Shown: positions 1-13,949, counted from the stretch's first letter. The stretch is 47,412 bases of DNA from Lentisphaerae bacterium RIFOXYA12_FULL_48_11 (GCA_001804885.1 MHBM01000307.1:28111-75522), one strand, 5' to 3'. Notes: generated by a model from the sequence alone, not told the origin. Numbers and translations are program-made.

Positions 1-294
1 ACTTCGATCCCCGGCGATGAAGAATCCCGTTGTTTGGCAATAATCCATCGGACCATGCATGACGCCTGGGTCCAGCCCAGTATTGAAGATGCAGGAAATT
101 CAGTTGCGGAGGTTACAATAGGCCTTTCAAGAGATGGAGGTTTACTTTGGCGGAAGATGTCAAAGAAATCGGGTAACGAGATATTTGATGATTCGGTAAT
201 GCTAGGAGTGAATTCCGTCCAATACATTGAGCATCTTACGCCAGGCTTTCTCGATAAGTTCAGGGAAATTAAAATCACGTTTAAACTGAACTGA
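1..294 (+). CDS. tolA: TolA/TonB C-terminal domain protein (5'-truncated by window edge)
   Basis: Frame 1 is open from base 1 to TGA at 292-294. W-x-x-P...V.I.L.RDG...KSGNEIFDDSV matches the TonB/TolA C-terminal pattern. Directly upstream of tolB-pal. Confidence 0.75.
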   Translation, partial: TSIPGDEESRCLAIIHRTMHDAWVQPSIEDAGNSVAEVTIGLSRDGGLLWRKMSKKSGNEIFDDSVMLGVNSVQYIEHLTPGFLDKFREIKITFKLN

Positions 295-388
295 TTTTCG
301 CTCATTTCTGTGTTGCAGAATGTAGATTGTAATTCTATTCTGCATTCTGTTTTTCCTGAGAGCTGCTTTATTTTCAAATAGGAATATC

Positions 389-1591
389 ATGACTAAAAAA
401 TATTTGTTCTTGTTTCCTGCATTGTTGTTTCTCCTTGTCCCGTTGGTTAACGCTCAGGTGGTTGTGAGTAAAGAGGGATCCCCTAAATGTGTTCTGGATG
501 TTTCTGGTTTGCAGTCTTCGGGCGGAAAGTCTGAATTAGAATTCCTGCAGACGCTTGAAGATGACCTCAAACGCTCGGGCTGGTTTAATGTAACAAAGCA
601 GGGAAAAGGAAGTTATACGGTGCAGGGGACCTGCAGGCAGGGCGGAGGAGCCTTGAATGTACGTTGCCAGGTGAACAATGTCATGAGTGGAACGATAACC
701 ATGAATAAGGCCTATGACGGCAGGCAGGCAGGCAGGCTCGCACATAACGTTGCCGATGATATTGTTTGGGCGATAAAAAAAGTCAAAGGCATGGCATCAA
801 CCAGAATTGTTTTGGTTGGTAACAGGGGCGGAAAAAAGAACATATACGTTTGTGACGCAAACGGTGCAAATATGTTCCAGATAACGCACGATAATGTTAT
901 ATGTCGTTTTCCGGAATGGAGCCCTGATTTGTCAAAACTTATATATACGGCTTACATAACCGGATATCCTGATGTCTATCAGATTAATATGGGTTCTAAT
1001 GAACGAAAAAGAGTTTCGGCATATCCGGGGCTGAATGCAGGTGCATCATTTTCCCCTGACGGTAGTCGGATTGCGTTGGTTCTTTCCAAGGACGGAAATC
1101 CTGATTTATTTGTCATGAATTCATCAGGAGGTAATCTAGTAAAAATTACACGAACACCTTATGCTGCTGAATCCAGTCCTTCGTGGGCTCCCGATGGTGA
1201 TCAGATTGTTTTTGTATCCGACAAGGGCGGATCCCCCCAACTTTATGTTACCGGCAGTGGAGGTGGTGAAGCGAAGCGGATTACATGGAAAGGGAATGAG
1301 AATGTTGCACCTGACTGGGGCCCTGATGGACGGATTGTATATACCAGCCGGCGTGAAGGCAAATATCATATCTGCATATTTGATCCTAAAAACGGGAAAA
1401 CAACGCAATTAACAACTGACTGGGCTGATTACGAAGATCCTTCTTGGGCACCAGACTCGAGGCATGTTGTATGTTCGAAAACGGTGAGTTATCACTCTGA
1501 CCTGTATATTCTTGACACTCTTGGAGATCCTTCGCTAAGGTTGACAACAATTCAGGGGGAATGGTACTCTCCTGACTGGTCTTCTAAATAA
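389..1591 (+). CDS. tolB: Tol-Pal system beta-propeller protein TolB
   Basis: Signal peptide, TolB N-domain (DLKRSGWF, AHNVADDI) and PD40 repeats (PEWSPD, SFSPDG, PSWAPDG, PDWGPDG, PDWS). Lies between tolA and pal. Confidence 0.93.
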   Translation: MTKKYLFLFPALLFLLVPLVNAQVVVSKEGSPKCVLDVSGLQSSGGKSELEFLQTLEDDLKRSGWFNVTKQGKGSYTVQGTCRQGGGALNVRCQVNNVMSGTITMNKAYDGRQAGRLAHNVADDIVWAIKKVKGMASTRIVLVGNRGGKKNIYVCDANGANMFQITHDNVICRFPEWSPDLSKLIYTAYITGYPDVYQINMGSNERKRVSAYPGLNAGASFSPDGSRIALVLSKDGNPDLFVMNSSGGNLVKITRTPYAAESSPSWAPDGDQIVFVSDKGGSPQLYVTGSGGGEAKRITWKGNENVAPDWGPDGRIVYTSRREGKYHICIFDPKNGKTTQLTTDWADYEDPSWAPDSRHVVCSKTVSYHSDLYILDTLGDPSLRLTTIQGEWYSPDWSSK

Positions 1592-1617
1592 TGAATAGCA
1601 GTTTTGGAGGTTATGAA

Positions 1618-2142
1618 ATGAAGCGGAATACGTATTTGAGAACGGTGGTTGTTGTAGGTTGCGTATGTGGTTTGCTTATCAGTTCAGGTTGCAGAAAGAG
1701 AACACCTCCGCCTGCGAATGTTAATCCCACTGAAATAGGTACCGGTGGCTCTATTCTTTCCGAACGTCCGGATGCAGAAGGTGATAGGATAATTGGGGCT
1801 GAAGTGGCATTTGTTCAGAATGTTCTGTTTGGCTATGACAGTTTCCAGATTACTGATTCAGAAGTTTCCAAGATAAAGGCAGTTTCGGATTATATGAAAA
1901 GTAGTGGCGGCGTTCGTTTGATATGTGAAGGTAACTGCGATGAACGTGGGACAGCCGAATACAATATGTCACTTGGAGAGAATCGTGCACTCGCAGTGCG
2001 CGCTTATCTTATTGGTTTAGGGATTGATGGTGCCAGGATTCAGACAAAGAGCTTCGGAGAGGAAAAGCCAGTAGAACTGGGTCACGATGAAGCATCCTGG
2101 GCTAAGAACCGTCGCGTCGAGTTTGCTTTGTACAGAAAGTAA
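1618..2142 (+). CDS. pal: Peptidoglycan-associated lipoprotein Pal (OmpA family)
   Basis: GGAGG RBS at 1606-1610 before ATG 1618; lipobox SSGC; EGNCDERGTAEYNMSLGENRA and SFGEEKP...NRRVEF motifs. Confidence 0.95.
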   Translation: MKRNTYLRTVVVVGCVCGLLISSGCRKRTPPPANVNPTEIGTGGSILSERPDAEGDRIIGAEVAFVQNVLFGYDSFQITDSEVSKIKAVSDYMKSSGGVRLICEGNCDERGTAEYNMSLGENRALAVRAYLIGLGIDGARIQTKSFGEEKPVELGHDEASWAKNRRVEFALYRK

Positions 2143-2212
2143 GCTTGATGTTCCAAATCTCCAGTCCCGCAATCAGAAAAGAGTCTGATGCTCGGGAGGG
2201 TAGTGTTTAATC

Positions 2213-2716
2213 ATGCAGATGCCTCTGGCTTTTCTGGTTGGAGTTCCTGGTGGTGGAGAACTCCTGTTAATCTTTGTGGCCGTACTCCTCATGTTTGGCC
2301 CAAAGAAACTGCCTGAAATCGCCCGCAATATCGGGAAAGCCATGGAATATCTTCGGCAGACATCACAGGAATTTCGCGATCAGGTGATGCGTCTTGATGA
2401 GGAAACTACAAAGGCAGTAGAGTCTGCTGTTGCTGACAAAACTGAAAGTGTTGAACAAAATGCTCAGAATGAGCTGCCTTTAGGAGCCAGTGAGGCATAT
2501 TCACCTGAAGATCCCTACCATAACTCTGAATATTATACTGGTGAGGAATCCTCCGCATCCACAACTGGTGACGGAGGAAAATCTCAGGAAAATAACGAAC
2601 TAAAGTTGGAAGAAAACAATGCTGCAAAAGTTGATTCAAACACTTCGGAAAGTCCGGAAAGCATCGGCGGATCCGAAGTCAAAGATGCCAATAAAGACGA
2701 CGGGCTCGCCGGCTGA
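2213..2716 (+). CDS. tatA: Sec-independent translocase TatA/TatB family subunit with long acidic tail
   Basis: GGGELLLIFVAVLLMFGPKKLPEIARNIGKAM signature; upstream of tatC. Confidence 0.88.
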   Translation: MQMPLAFLVGVPGGGELLLIFVAVLLMFGPKKLPEIARNIGKAMEYLRQTSQEFRDQVMRLDEETTKAVESAVADKTESVEQNAQNELPLGASEAYSPEDPYHNSEYYTGEESSASTTGDGGKSQENNELKLEENNAAKVDSNTSESPESIGGSEVKDANKDDGLAG

Positions 2717-3473
2717 CGATACAGAGGATGATGGCCAGACAAAGCCGTTCATGGAGCACCTTGAGGATTTAAGGCGTACGATAATACGGGCTGCCATGGC
2801 TTTCGCCGTTGGCATGTGTATTGCCATTCCCGCGGCGCCATGGATTCTTTATATCTTGAAGCTTCCATTGAAGTGGGCAGGCAAGGATCCGAGTACGTTC
2901 CTTCAGGTATTGGAAGTTACCGGAGGCTTGTCTCTCGCCACGCAGACGGTTTTCTGGGCAGGTCTATTGATCAGTGCACCTTTTATCATCTATTTCATAT
3001 GGGAATTCGTTTTTCCCGGACTTACAAAGAGGGAACAGGGTGCTATAACAAGTTCTATCGGGTTCGCCCTGGTCTTGTTTATCCTCGGAGTGCTTACGGG
3101 CTATTATTTGGCACTTGCGCCCGGAATCAAGGTCATGATTTGGTTCAGTGACTGGATGGGGGTTAATGTAACCTTCTTTAGGGCCACTGATTATATAAGA
3201 TTTGTGGTCATCCTTTTACTTAGTTTTGGGATATGTTTTGAGTTGCCTATCATCCTCTTAATTCTTGGTCAGATGGGTCTTGTCACATCACGACAGCTTA
3301 GAGATAAACGTTCTGTAGCAATCGTCGTTGTGTTGATTATTGCTGCTGTAGTGACGCCTACAACAGATCCTTTTACCCAGCTTGTTATGGCCGTGCCGAT
3401 GTGTTTGCTTTATGAGCTTTGTATTTGGATTCTGTGGTCGAAGGAGCGTAAGGCTGCAAAGGAAAGTACCTGA
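2685..3473 (+). CDS. tatC: Sec-independent translocase TatC
   Basis: PFMEHLEDLRR, APFIIYFIWEFVFPGL, FELP, TPTTDPFT and LYE motifs; six TM segments. Start uncertain (2619 or 2685). Confidence 0.93.
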   Translation: MPIKTTGSPADDTEDDGQTKPFMEHLEDLRRTIIRAAMAFAVGMCIAIPAAPWILYILKLPLKWAGKDPSTFLQVLEVTGGLSLATQTVFWAGLLISAPFIIYFIWEFVFPGLTKREQGAITSSIGFALVLFILGVLTGYYLALAPGIKVMIWFSDWMGVNVTFFRATDYIRFVVILLLSFGICFELPIILLILGQMGLVTSRQLRDKRSVAIVVVLIIAAVVTPTTDPFTQLVMAVPMCLLYELCIWILWSKERKAAKEST

Positions 3474-3501
3474 TGCTGGCAGAGTTCGAATAAATAGTTT
3501 G

Positions 3502-3536
3502 ATGCAAAAAGGCCACCTTATGGTGGCCTTTAGCAT
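3502..3536. terminator. Probable intrinsic terminator between convergent tatC and fucI
   Basis: AAAAA-GGCCACC-TTAT-GGTGGCC-TTT hairpin. The U-tract is stronger on the minus strand; could be bidirectional. Confidence 0.8.
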
Positions 3537-3554
3537 AATACAGTATTTGCTAGA

Positions 3555-5426
3555 TTAGACGTATAACGGTCCAAGCTCTTTGCACGCTCTGAAGTCGTCC
3601 CCTCCGAACCTGTCCCACATAGTTGGCCTAAATATCTGATCCTGTGACATGTTATGCATGTCAACAGGGATGCGGAGCATTGAATTCAGCGTGATCATAT
3701 CAGCCCCGATTAGGCCGAATGAATTACCGTCGTGGTTAGGACCTATTTTACTCATGTAGTCGAACGAGCTCATGTCCCTTGGCATCCAAAAACTTTCAGG
3801 CCAGGTAGGATCTGTAACTTTGCTGATGTGCTTCGCTGCTTTGATTGGAAGCTCCACGGTTTCCCCTTCTACCACTGAGCAGGTCATCAGTTCGCCAACC
3901 ATATTATAACGGTAGGACGTCATTGGAATACCACCTGGCGTGGTATAATGGCTGGAGAGTCCATCACCGGGGAAGTAGGTGAGCGCAGCGCCCATATATG
4001 TTGTCCCGGAAATAGACTTATCCATAAGGTTCTTTTGAATGTTCGTTGAAGCTCGGATGGCCTCGGAAACTGCCTGTATGCTCATGTTCCTGCTACCAGG
4101 GACAAGCTTTAGAACATTAATTGCATAATCCAAAGCACCGGCACCAGAATTACGCTTATCGATTATTCCCCTGGGGGCAATTTTTCTGACATCAATTCCA
4201 GTTGCCTTCTTTATACTCTGTGGGGTCCAGTTTGTCCTTATGTCGGCAAAGAGCTGGGGTTGTCCTGACAGCAACATTGCTACCAGCATGCCTATGGCAT
4301 TCTTGGAATCGTTTTCCGTAGCAACCACGAACGGTGCTCGGAATCCATTCCAGTCGAACGAACTACAAAGAACAGATTCTGCCATGTCGAAGTTGGGGTT
4401 GTAGTCAGTCCATTGTCGTTGTCCCTGGGTCCCCGAGGCTATGGCGTTGAATCCCTGTGCATATTCAACGTTAGCTTTGAATCCCTGTCTTCTGCCTGTT
4501 GCCTTGTCTGCAAGAATGGGGTTTCCAACCATGAGGTCCTTAACAATAAGCGTCATTTTGACGCATTCGGCTATCAGCTTGTCCGGAGCCTGTGGCCGTT
4601 GTCCTTTACCGAAGTCATATTTGAAGCGTTTTTTCATGAAGTTGAAAGCTTTTTCAAATTCATCGTGATCATAGAAGCCTGTATTAATACGGCTTCTGAT
4701 TATGGACATGTCGACGGACGCGCTACCCATTCCAAGGTATTGAAGCATCGAGTTGCGACGTACATCCGACCCGATAATGCCCATGGATACTCCACCTATC
4801 CCAAGATAATTCTTTCCACGCATCTCTCCAACTGCCATCGCACATCTGGCAAAACGAAGAATTCTTTGTGCGACGTAATCCGACATAGGCTTGTTTTCAT
4901 CTTCAAGATCTGGACTATAAATGCAGAAGATAGGGCGTTTTTTCTCATCCATTGCTGCAGTGAAAGCCTTAAGCCAAACTGCGCCAGGCCTGTCGGTCTG
5001 GTTCAGCCCGTACGCAGCCTGCTGCCATTCGGTGCTGCCCAAACCTATGCACGCGCTCATTAGTTCATCGCTGTATGACCATGAACGACTTACCCATATA
5101 TTTGCAGATACACCTTCACGTGCGTAGTATTCCTGTGCAAGGGCTCCGGTTCGTGGTCCGTAGACAATCTCGGGAGCCACTACAACACGAACCGGGGTGC
5201 CATCAGGAAGTTTAACGTTCAGTCTAATCATGTTGAAAATTTTCTCGGTTAGACGCCATGTTTTCTCTAGATTGTCATCATAGGCTCCATCGCGTCCATC
5301 AGCTACAGGTGTGATTGCAATGGTAGGAATATGGCCTACGACCGGACGGCTGGACGGTTCAAATCGGCGTTCCTTTAATGAAAGACTTTCGAAGTTAGGC
5401 ATATATGCTGATGACTTACGGTCCAT
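3555..5426 (-). CDS. fucI: L-fucose/D-arabinose isomerase family protein (divergent)
   Basis: DGR, RPGAV, YLGIGGVSMGIIGS, QGQRQWTD, FDWNG.R.P..VATENDS, FADIRT, DPTWP and GPNH; the metal-ligand E/D/H positions are present. Confidence 0.88.
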   Translation of the reverse strand: MDRKSSAYMPNFESLSLKERRFEPSSRPVVGHIPTIAITPVADGRDGAYDDNLEKTWRLTEKIFNMIRLNVKLPDGTPVRVVVAPEIVYGPRTGALAQEYYAREGVSANIWVSRSWSYSDELMSACIGLGSTEWQQAAYGLNQTDRPGAVWLKAFTAAMDEKKRPIFCIYSPDLEDENKPMSDYVAQRILRFARCAMAVGEMRGKNYLGIGGVSMGIIGSDVRRNSMLQYLGMGSASVDMSIIRSRINTGFYDHDEFEKAFNFMKKRFKYDFGKGQRPQAPDKLIAECVKMTLIVKDLMVGNPILADKATGRRQGFKANVEYAQGFNAIASGTQGQRQWTDYNPNFDMAESVLCSSFDWNGFRAPFVVATENDSKNAIGMLVAMLLSGQPQLFADIRTNWTPQSIKKATGIDVRKIAPRGIIDKRNSGAGALDYAINVLKLVPGSRNMSIQAVSEAIRASTNIQKNLMDKSISGTTYMGAALTYFPGDGLSSHYTTPGGIPMTSYRYNMVGELMTCSVVEGETVELPIKAAKHISKVTDPTWPESFWMPRDMSSFDYMSKIGPNHDGNSFGLIGADMITLNSMLRIPVDMHNMSQDQIFRPTMWDRFGGDDFRACKELGPLYV

Positions 5427-5587
5427 TATGATACCTCCATTGTTAATATAAAACCTTCAAGCACACATCTTGGAGGTTACGATATCGTGCGACTGGATGC
5501 AATATCAGTAATATGTAAAATCAGTTGCTAAGAGAGTTGCCCAAGGCTTTGGGCGTTGATATTATCTTTGTTATTCAAGGAGACAAA

Positions 5588-7198
5588 ATGAAGAATAGAA
5601 AACATTTGAATTATTTCTTTGGGTTAGATTCCAGTACTCAAAGCTTGAAAGCTACTATTATTGATTCGCAACTTAAGGTCGTAGCTGAGTGTTCTGTCAA
5701 TTTTGACAGCGATTTGCCCAAATATAATACTACAGGGGGTGTACATAGAGGAAAAGATGGTTTGACAGTTACTGCTCCTGCACTCATGTGGGTTGAAGCA
5801 TTGGATTTACTTTTAAAGAGAATGAAGAAGAAGCATATCCCCCTCAATCGAATAGCGGCAATTACCGGATCCGGTCAGCAGCATGGCAGCGTTTGGTTTA
5901 AAAAAGGTGCAAGGCAAGCATTACGGCATTTGACAGATGGGATGACACTCTCCGAACAATTGAAACACATTTTCTCGGTAAAGGATTCTCCTGTTTGGAT
6001 GGATTCCAGCACAACAAAGCAATGTAAACAGCGTGAGAAGGCAATGGGTGGTCCACAGGCGGTTGCGGATATAACAGGTTCCAGAGCTTATGAAAGATTT
6101 ACCGGCAATCAGATTGCAAAAATGTATCAGAAAAACAGGACAGGCTATAATTGTACGGAAAGAATTGCCCTTGTCAGTTCATTTATCCCTACGTTGTTAA
6201 CCGGCGATTATGTGCCAATAGATGTTAGTGATGGTTCCGGCATGAACCTCATGGACATTAGTTCAAGAAAATGGTCAAAGAAAGCGCTTGATTGCACTGC
6301 TCCTGGTTTATCGGCGAAACTTGGCAAACCGGAGTTGTCACATAAGGTTGCCGGGAATATTCATTCATATTTTGTGGAAAGGTACGGATTTGATGCCGAT
6401 TGCCTGATTATTGTTTTTTCGGGCGATAATCCCAACAGTTTGGCAGGCTTGCGTCTCCAGAGACCTGGAGATCTGGCTGTTAGCCTTGGTACCAGTGATA
6501 CAGTTTTTGGATTCTTGTCGAAACCTGTACCTTCAGCTTCAGAAGGTCACATTTTTGTCAATCCGGTCGATCCCAAAGCTTATATGGCGTTGGTTTGTTA
6601 CAAGAACGGATCTCTGACCAGGGAGCATGTCAGGGATGACAGCGCCGATGGATCTTGGGAGAAATTTAATAAATACCTGAAGAGGGGAAAGTCTGGGAAC
6701 TCAGGCAATATTGGTTTTTATATCAACGAGCCGGAAATAACACCTCCCATATTAACGACGGGGATTACCCGGTATGATTCAGCAGGACGGAGAGTAAAAA
6801 GTTTTCCTCCGGCAGTTGAAGTCAGAGCCGTTGTTGAGGGACAGTTTCTTTCCATGCGTCTGCATGGCGAGAATATAGGTTTGAAGGCGCGGAACATTCT
6901 GGCCACCGGAGGTGCGTCGGCCAACAAAGGGATACTTAAGATTATGGCCGATGTTTTTGGCGTTCCGGTCTATGTTGCCAGACAGACCAGTTCTGCGTCT
7001 CTGGGCGCAGCCTACCGTGCCCTACACGGCTGGATTTGCAACAGGGGCGGAAAGTATGTGCCGTATTCAAAAATTCTTTTAGCTGCACCACCATTTAAAA
7101 AAGCAGCAGTACCGGATAAAAAGGCTTTTGCGATTTATTCTTCAATGCTGAAAAAGTATGCAGAACTCGAGAACAAAATGATGGTACAAGGCGCATAG
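5588..7198 (+). CDS. xylB: Xylulokinase, eukaryote (XYLB/XKS1/plant XK)-like FGGY carbohydrate kinase
   Basis: GLDSSTQSLK, GSGQQHGSV, PVWMDSST, TGSRAYERFTGNQI, GDNPNSL, SLGTSDT, YKNGSLTRE and TGGASAN motifs; AGGAG RBS before ATG 5588. Confidence 0.88.
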   Translation: MKNRKHLNYFFGLDSSTQSLKATIIDSQLKVVAECSVNFDSDLPKYNTTGGVHRGKDGLTVTAPALMWVEALDLLLKRMKKKHIPLNRIAAITGSGQQHGSVWFKKGARQALRHLTDGMTLSEQLKHIFSVKDSPVWMDSSTTKQCKQREKAMGGPQAVADITGSRAYERFTGNQIAKMYQKNRTGYNCTERIALVSSFIPTLLTGDYVPIDVSDGSGMNLMDISSRKWSKKALDCTAPGLSAKLGKPELSHKVAGNIHSYFVERYGFDADCLIIVFSGDNPNSLAGLRLQRPGDLAVSLGTSDTVFGFLSKPVPSASEGHIFVNPVDPKAYMALVCYKNGSLTREHVRDDSADGSWEKFNKYLKRGKSGNSGNIGFYINEPEITPPILTTGITRYDSAGRRVKSFPPAVEVRAVVEGQFLSMRLHGENIGLKARNILATGGASANKGILKIMADVFGVPVYVARQTSSASLGAAYRALHGWICNRGGKYVPYSKILLAAPPFKKAAVPDKKAFAIYSSMLKKYAELENKMMVQGA

Positions 7199-7408
7199 CT
7201 TATGGTGCATGTATAAGATAGCTCTTGCGTGGATAAAGAAAAAACCTGATTTTTTTAACTGAACTTAATGCAGCCCTTCATGCCGAAACTGAGGCGAAAG
7301 AACAAGTGCCCAAATTGAAGAAGAAAATCGGGAATGTAGTAAATGAATGACGATTTCCGAGTAAATGCTGCGTTATTGCAGGTTAACTGCTAATATGAGA
7401 ATTCCTAA

Positions 7409-11649
<4,241 letters not shown>

Positions 11650-11771
11650 AAGGATAAAAAAACAAAATAATGCTAACAGGAAAACAGTAGGAGAGCAATC
11701 AGCGATCTCAGGAATTGATTATTGAATGTTTGACCCACTCCACCTATTCTTAGAAGAAAGAGGAAAGACAA

Positions 11772-12854
11772 ATGAGAATTGGTATTGCATGCGGTGGGAC
11801 CGGTGGACATATTTTTCCGGGTCTTGCCGTGGCTCAATTACTTACGAACAGGAAACATGACGTGGTCTTATGGCTTGCCGGCAGGGATGTGGAATCTGTG
11901 TCAACTTCCGGTTGGATTGGTTCTGTAGTTTCAATAGGAGGGAAGGGGTTACCTGTTGGATTCTCGTTGCGTTCGTTTACTGCAATTTGGAGCTTGTTTT
12001 GTGCGGTTGCGAAAAGCTGGCTGAGAATGCGGAAACAACCTCCAGATGCCATCGTGGCTATGGGGGGCTATGGTTCGGTAGGACCTGTTATTGCTGCATA
12101 CATTCTGGGCATACCTGTTATTTTGCATGAAGCAAATGTTATTCCTGGCAGAGCAATCGAATTCCTGTCGAAATTTGCAAAAATTGTAGCGATATCGTTT
12201 GATATTTCAATGCAGTATATTAAGCATCCAAAAGTTGTTTTTACCGGTTTTCCGCTCAGACAGGATATAAACAAGAATGTCAGCGAGGGACTAATTGCGA
12301 CAAAATATTTTACGGTACTCATTATGGGGGGTAGTCAGGGGGCTCATGCTTTAAATGAAATTGCAGTGTCTGCAATTTGTCGTCTACATCTTCATGGAAT
12401 TCCAGTACAGGTAATTCATTTGTCTGGTGTTAAGGACGAGACCATAGTCAGAAAAGCTTACGAGAATACAGGTGTTCCTTGTGTTGTCTTAGGTTTTCTT
12501 AAGGACATGGCCAGGGCGTACAGCCAGGCAGATCTTGTGATTGCGCGATCCGGCGCGGCAACATGTGCAGAACTTATTGCCCGTAGAATTCCGGCAGTTC
12601 TTGTCCCCTTGCCTACCGCAATGAGAAATCATCAGTTAGCTAATGCCAGGGCTGTGCAAAAAAGTAAAGGGGTGGTTGTAATGGAGGAGAAGGACCTCGA
12701 CCCAGAACGATTGTCAGAGTTCATAAAAGGTTGTTATCGCAATCCGGAGATACTTGACAAAATGAAGGAAGCTCTTAAAAATATTCCCGAAAATAATGCC
12801 ACAGAAAGACTTGCGGATATAGTGGAGGAAGTTGTTCAGGATAAGACTGTGTAA
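11772..12854 (+). CDS. murG: Undecaprenyl-PP-MurNAc-pentapeptide GlcNAc transferase MurG
   Basis: GGTGGHIFPG, GGYGS, HEAN, GGSQGA, RSGA and HQ..NA motifs. Confidence 0.95.
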   Translation: MRIGIACGGTGGHIFPGLAVAQLLTNRKHDVVLWLAGRDVESVSTSGWIGSVVSIGGKGLPVGFSLRSFTAIWSLFCAVAKSWLRMRKQPPDAIVAMGGYGSVGPVIAAYILGIPVILHEANVIPGRAIEFLSKFAKIVAISFDISMQYIKHPKVVFTGFPLRQDINKNVSEGLIATKYFTVLIMGGSQGAHALNEIAVSAICRLHLHGIPVQVIHLSGVKDETIVRKAYENTGVPCVVLGFLKDMARAYSQADLVIARSGAATCAELIARRIPAVLVPLPTAMRNHQLANARAVQKSKGVVVMEEKDLDPERLSEFIKGCYRNPEILDKMKEALKNIPENNATERLADIVEEVVQDKTV

Positions 12855-12877
12855 AGATATTGTTTGGGGATAAATAC

Positions 12878-13381
12878 ATGCCTATTTACGAATTTTACTG
12901 TTCTAATTGTAACATGATTTTCAATTTCCTCTCAAAAGCTGTGAATTCTGGCAAACGACCTGCATGTCCAAGATGTAAACATAGAAAGCTCGAGAAGTTG
13001 ATTTCTTCTTTTGCCTTCACCGGCAAAGCGGTTGAATCACCGCGAGGCAATGACTTGCCTATTGATGAGACAAAAATGGAACGGGCTATTTCTTCTTTGG
13101 CGGGTGAGGCCGAAGGAATAAATCAGGATGATCCCCGTCAGGCTGCCAAACTGATGCGGAAATTCTCTGATATGACAGGTCTGGAGATGGGGAAAGGAAT
13201 GAAGGAGGCCATCAATCGTCTTGAGGCAGGGGAAGATCCTGGCAAGATAGAGGCAGATATGGATGATCTTCTGAATGGGCAAGAAGATGTTTTTTTAATG
13301 CCTGACAAGAAAGATGGCAAAAATCGAAAGGTAAAACAAAAGCTTCCACCTGTCAGAGACAAGACTTTGTATGAACTGTGA
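12878..13381 (+). CDS. FmdB-family zinc-ribbon protein
   Basis: MPIYEFYC..C...F...CPRC...KLIS pattern; C-terminal DPR..AKLMRK..RLEAGEDP region. Confidence 0.85.
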   Translation: MPIYEFYCSNCNMIFNFLSKAVNSGKRPACPRCKHRKLEKLISSFAFTGKAVESPRGNDLPIDETKMERAISSLAGEAEGINQDDPRQAAKLMRKFSDMTGLEMGKGMKEAINRLEAGEDPGKIEADMDDLLNGQEDVFLMPDKKDGKNRKVKQKLPPVRDKTLYEL

Positions 13382-13949
13382 TGGTTATGTTCGTTCCTTT
13401 ATCGCTGTTGAAATCTCAACAGCTGTCAGGGAAAAGATAACTAGGTTTCAGCAGCGAATATCCAAGTCTGGTGTCCGAGCCAGCTGGGTGAAGCCAGAAA
13501 ACATTCATCTTACACTGGCATTCCTAGGCGATATACCGATCAAGAGTCAGAGTATCGTTTCTGGTCTCATGGATGATGTGGTTGCTTTGTATAGGTCCTT
13601 TAAATGTGAGGTAAAAGGTGTCGGATATTTTGGAAGGGAGTCTGCGCCGCGAATTATATGGGCTGGATTTTCCGGCGATTGTGAAAAACTTCTACATCTT
13701 CAGTCTGATTTGTTGAGTCGCTTGGCAAGCACAGGAATGCATTTGGAAGATAAGCCTTTTATTCCGCATCTAACTATTGCCAGAATTAAACCACAGCATC
13801 ATGTATATAGTATTGTTCCTTTGCTTCAACCGTACAGGGAAATGTCATTCGGTTCTTTAAAAGTTCATGATCTCGTTTTCTGTCGGAGTGAACTTTCTCC
13901 TGTCGGTCCATCTTATACTGAAATACACCGGTCATCGTTTAGGCCATAA
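13371..13949 (+). CDS. thpR: RNA 2',3'-cyclic phosphodiesterase (2H phosphoesterase)
   Basis: RSFIA, HLTLAFLG and PHLTIAR (two HxT motifs), SEL...GP.Y. Confidence 0.92.
   Translation: MNCDGYVRSFIAVEISTAVREKITRFQQRISKSGVRASWVKPENIHLTLAFLGDIPIKSQSIVSGLMDDVVALYRSFKCEVKGVGYFGRESAPRIIWAGFSGDCEKLLHLQSDLLSRLASTGMHLEDKPFIPHLTIARIKPQHHVYSIVPLLQPYREMSFGSLKVHDLVFCRSELSPVGPSYTEIHRSSFRP

Noticed and set aside
4413-5063. 216-aa plus-strand ORF
   Set aside because: Antisense shadow entirely inside fucI, with no recognisable motif.
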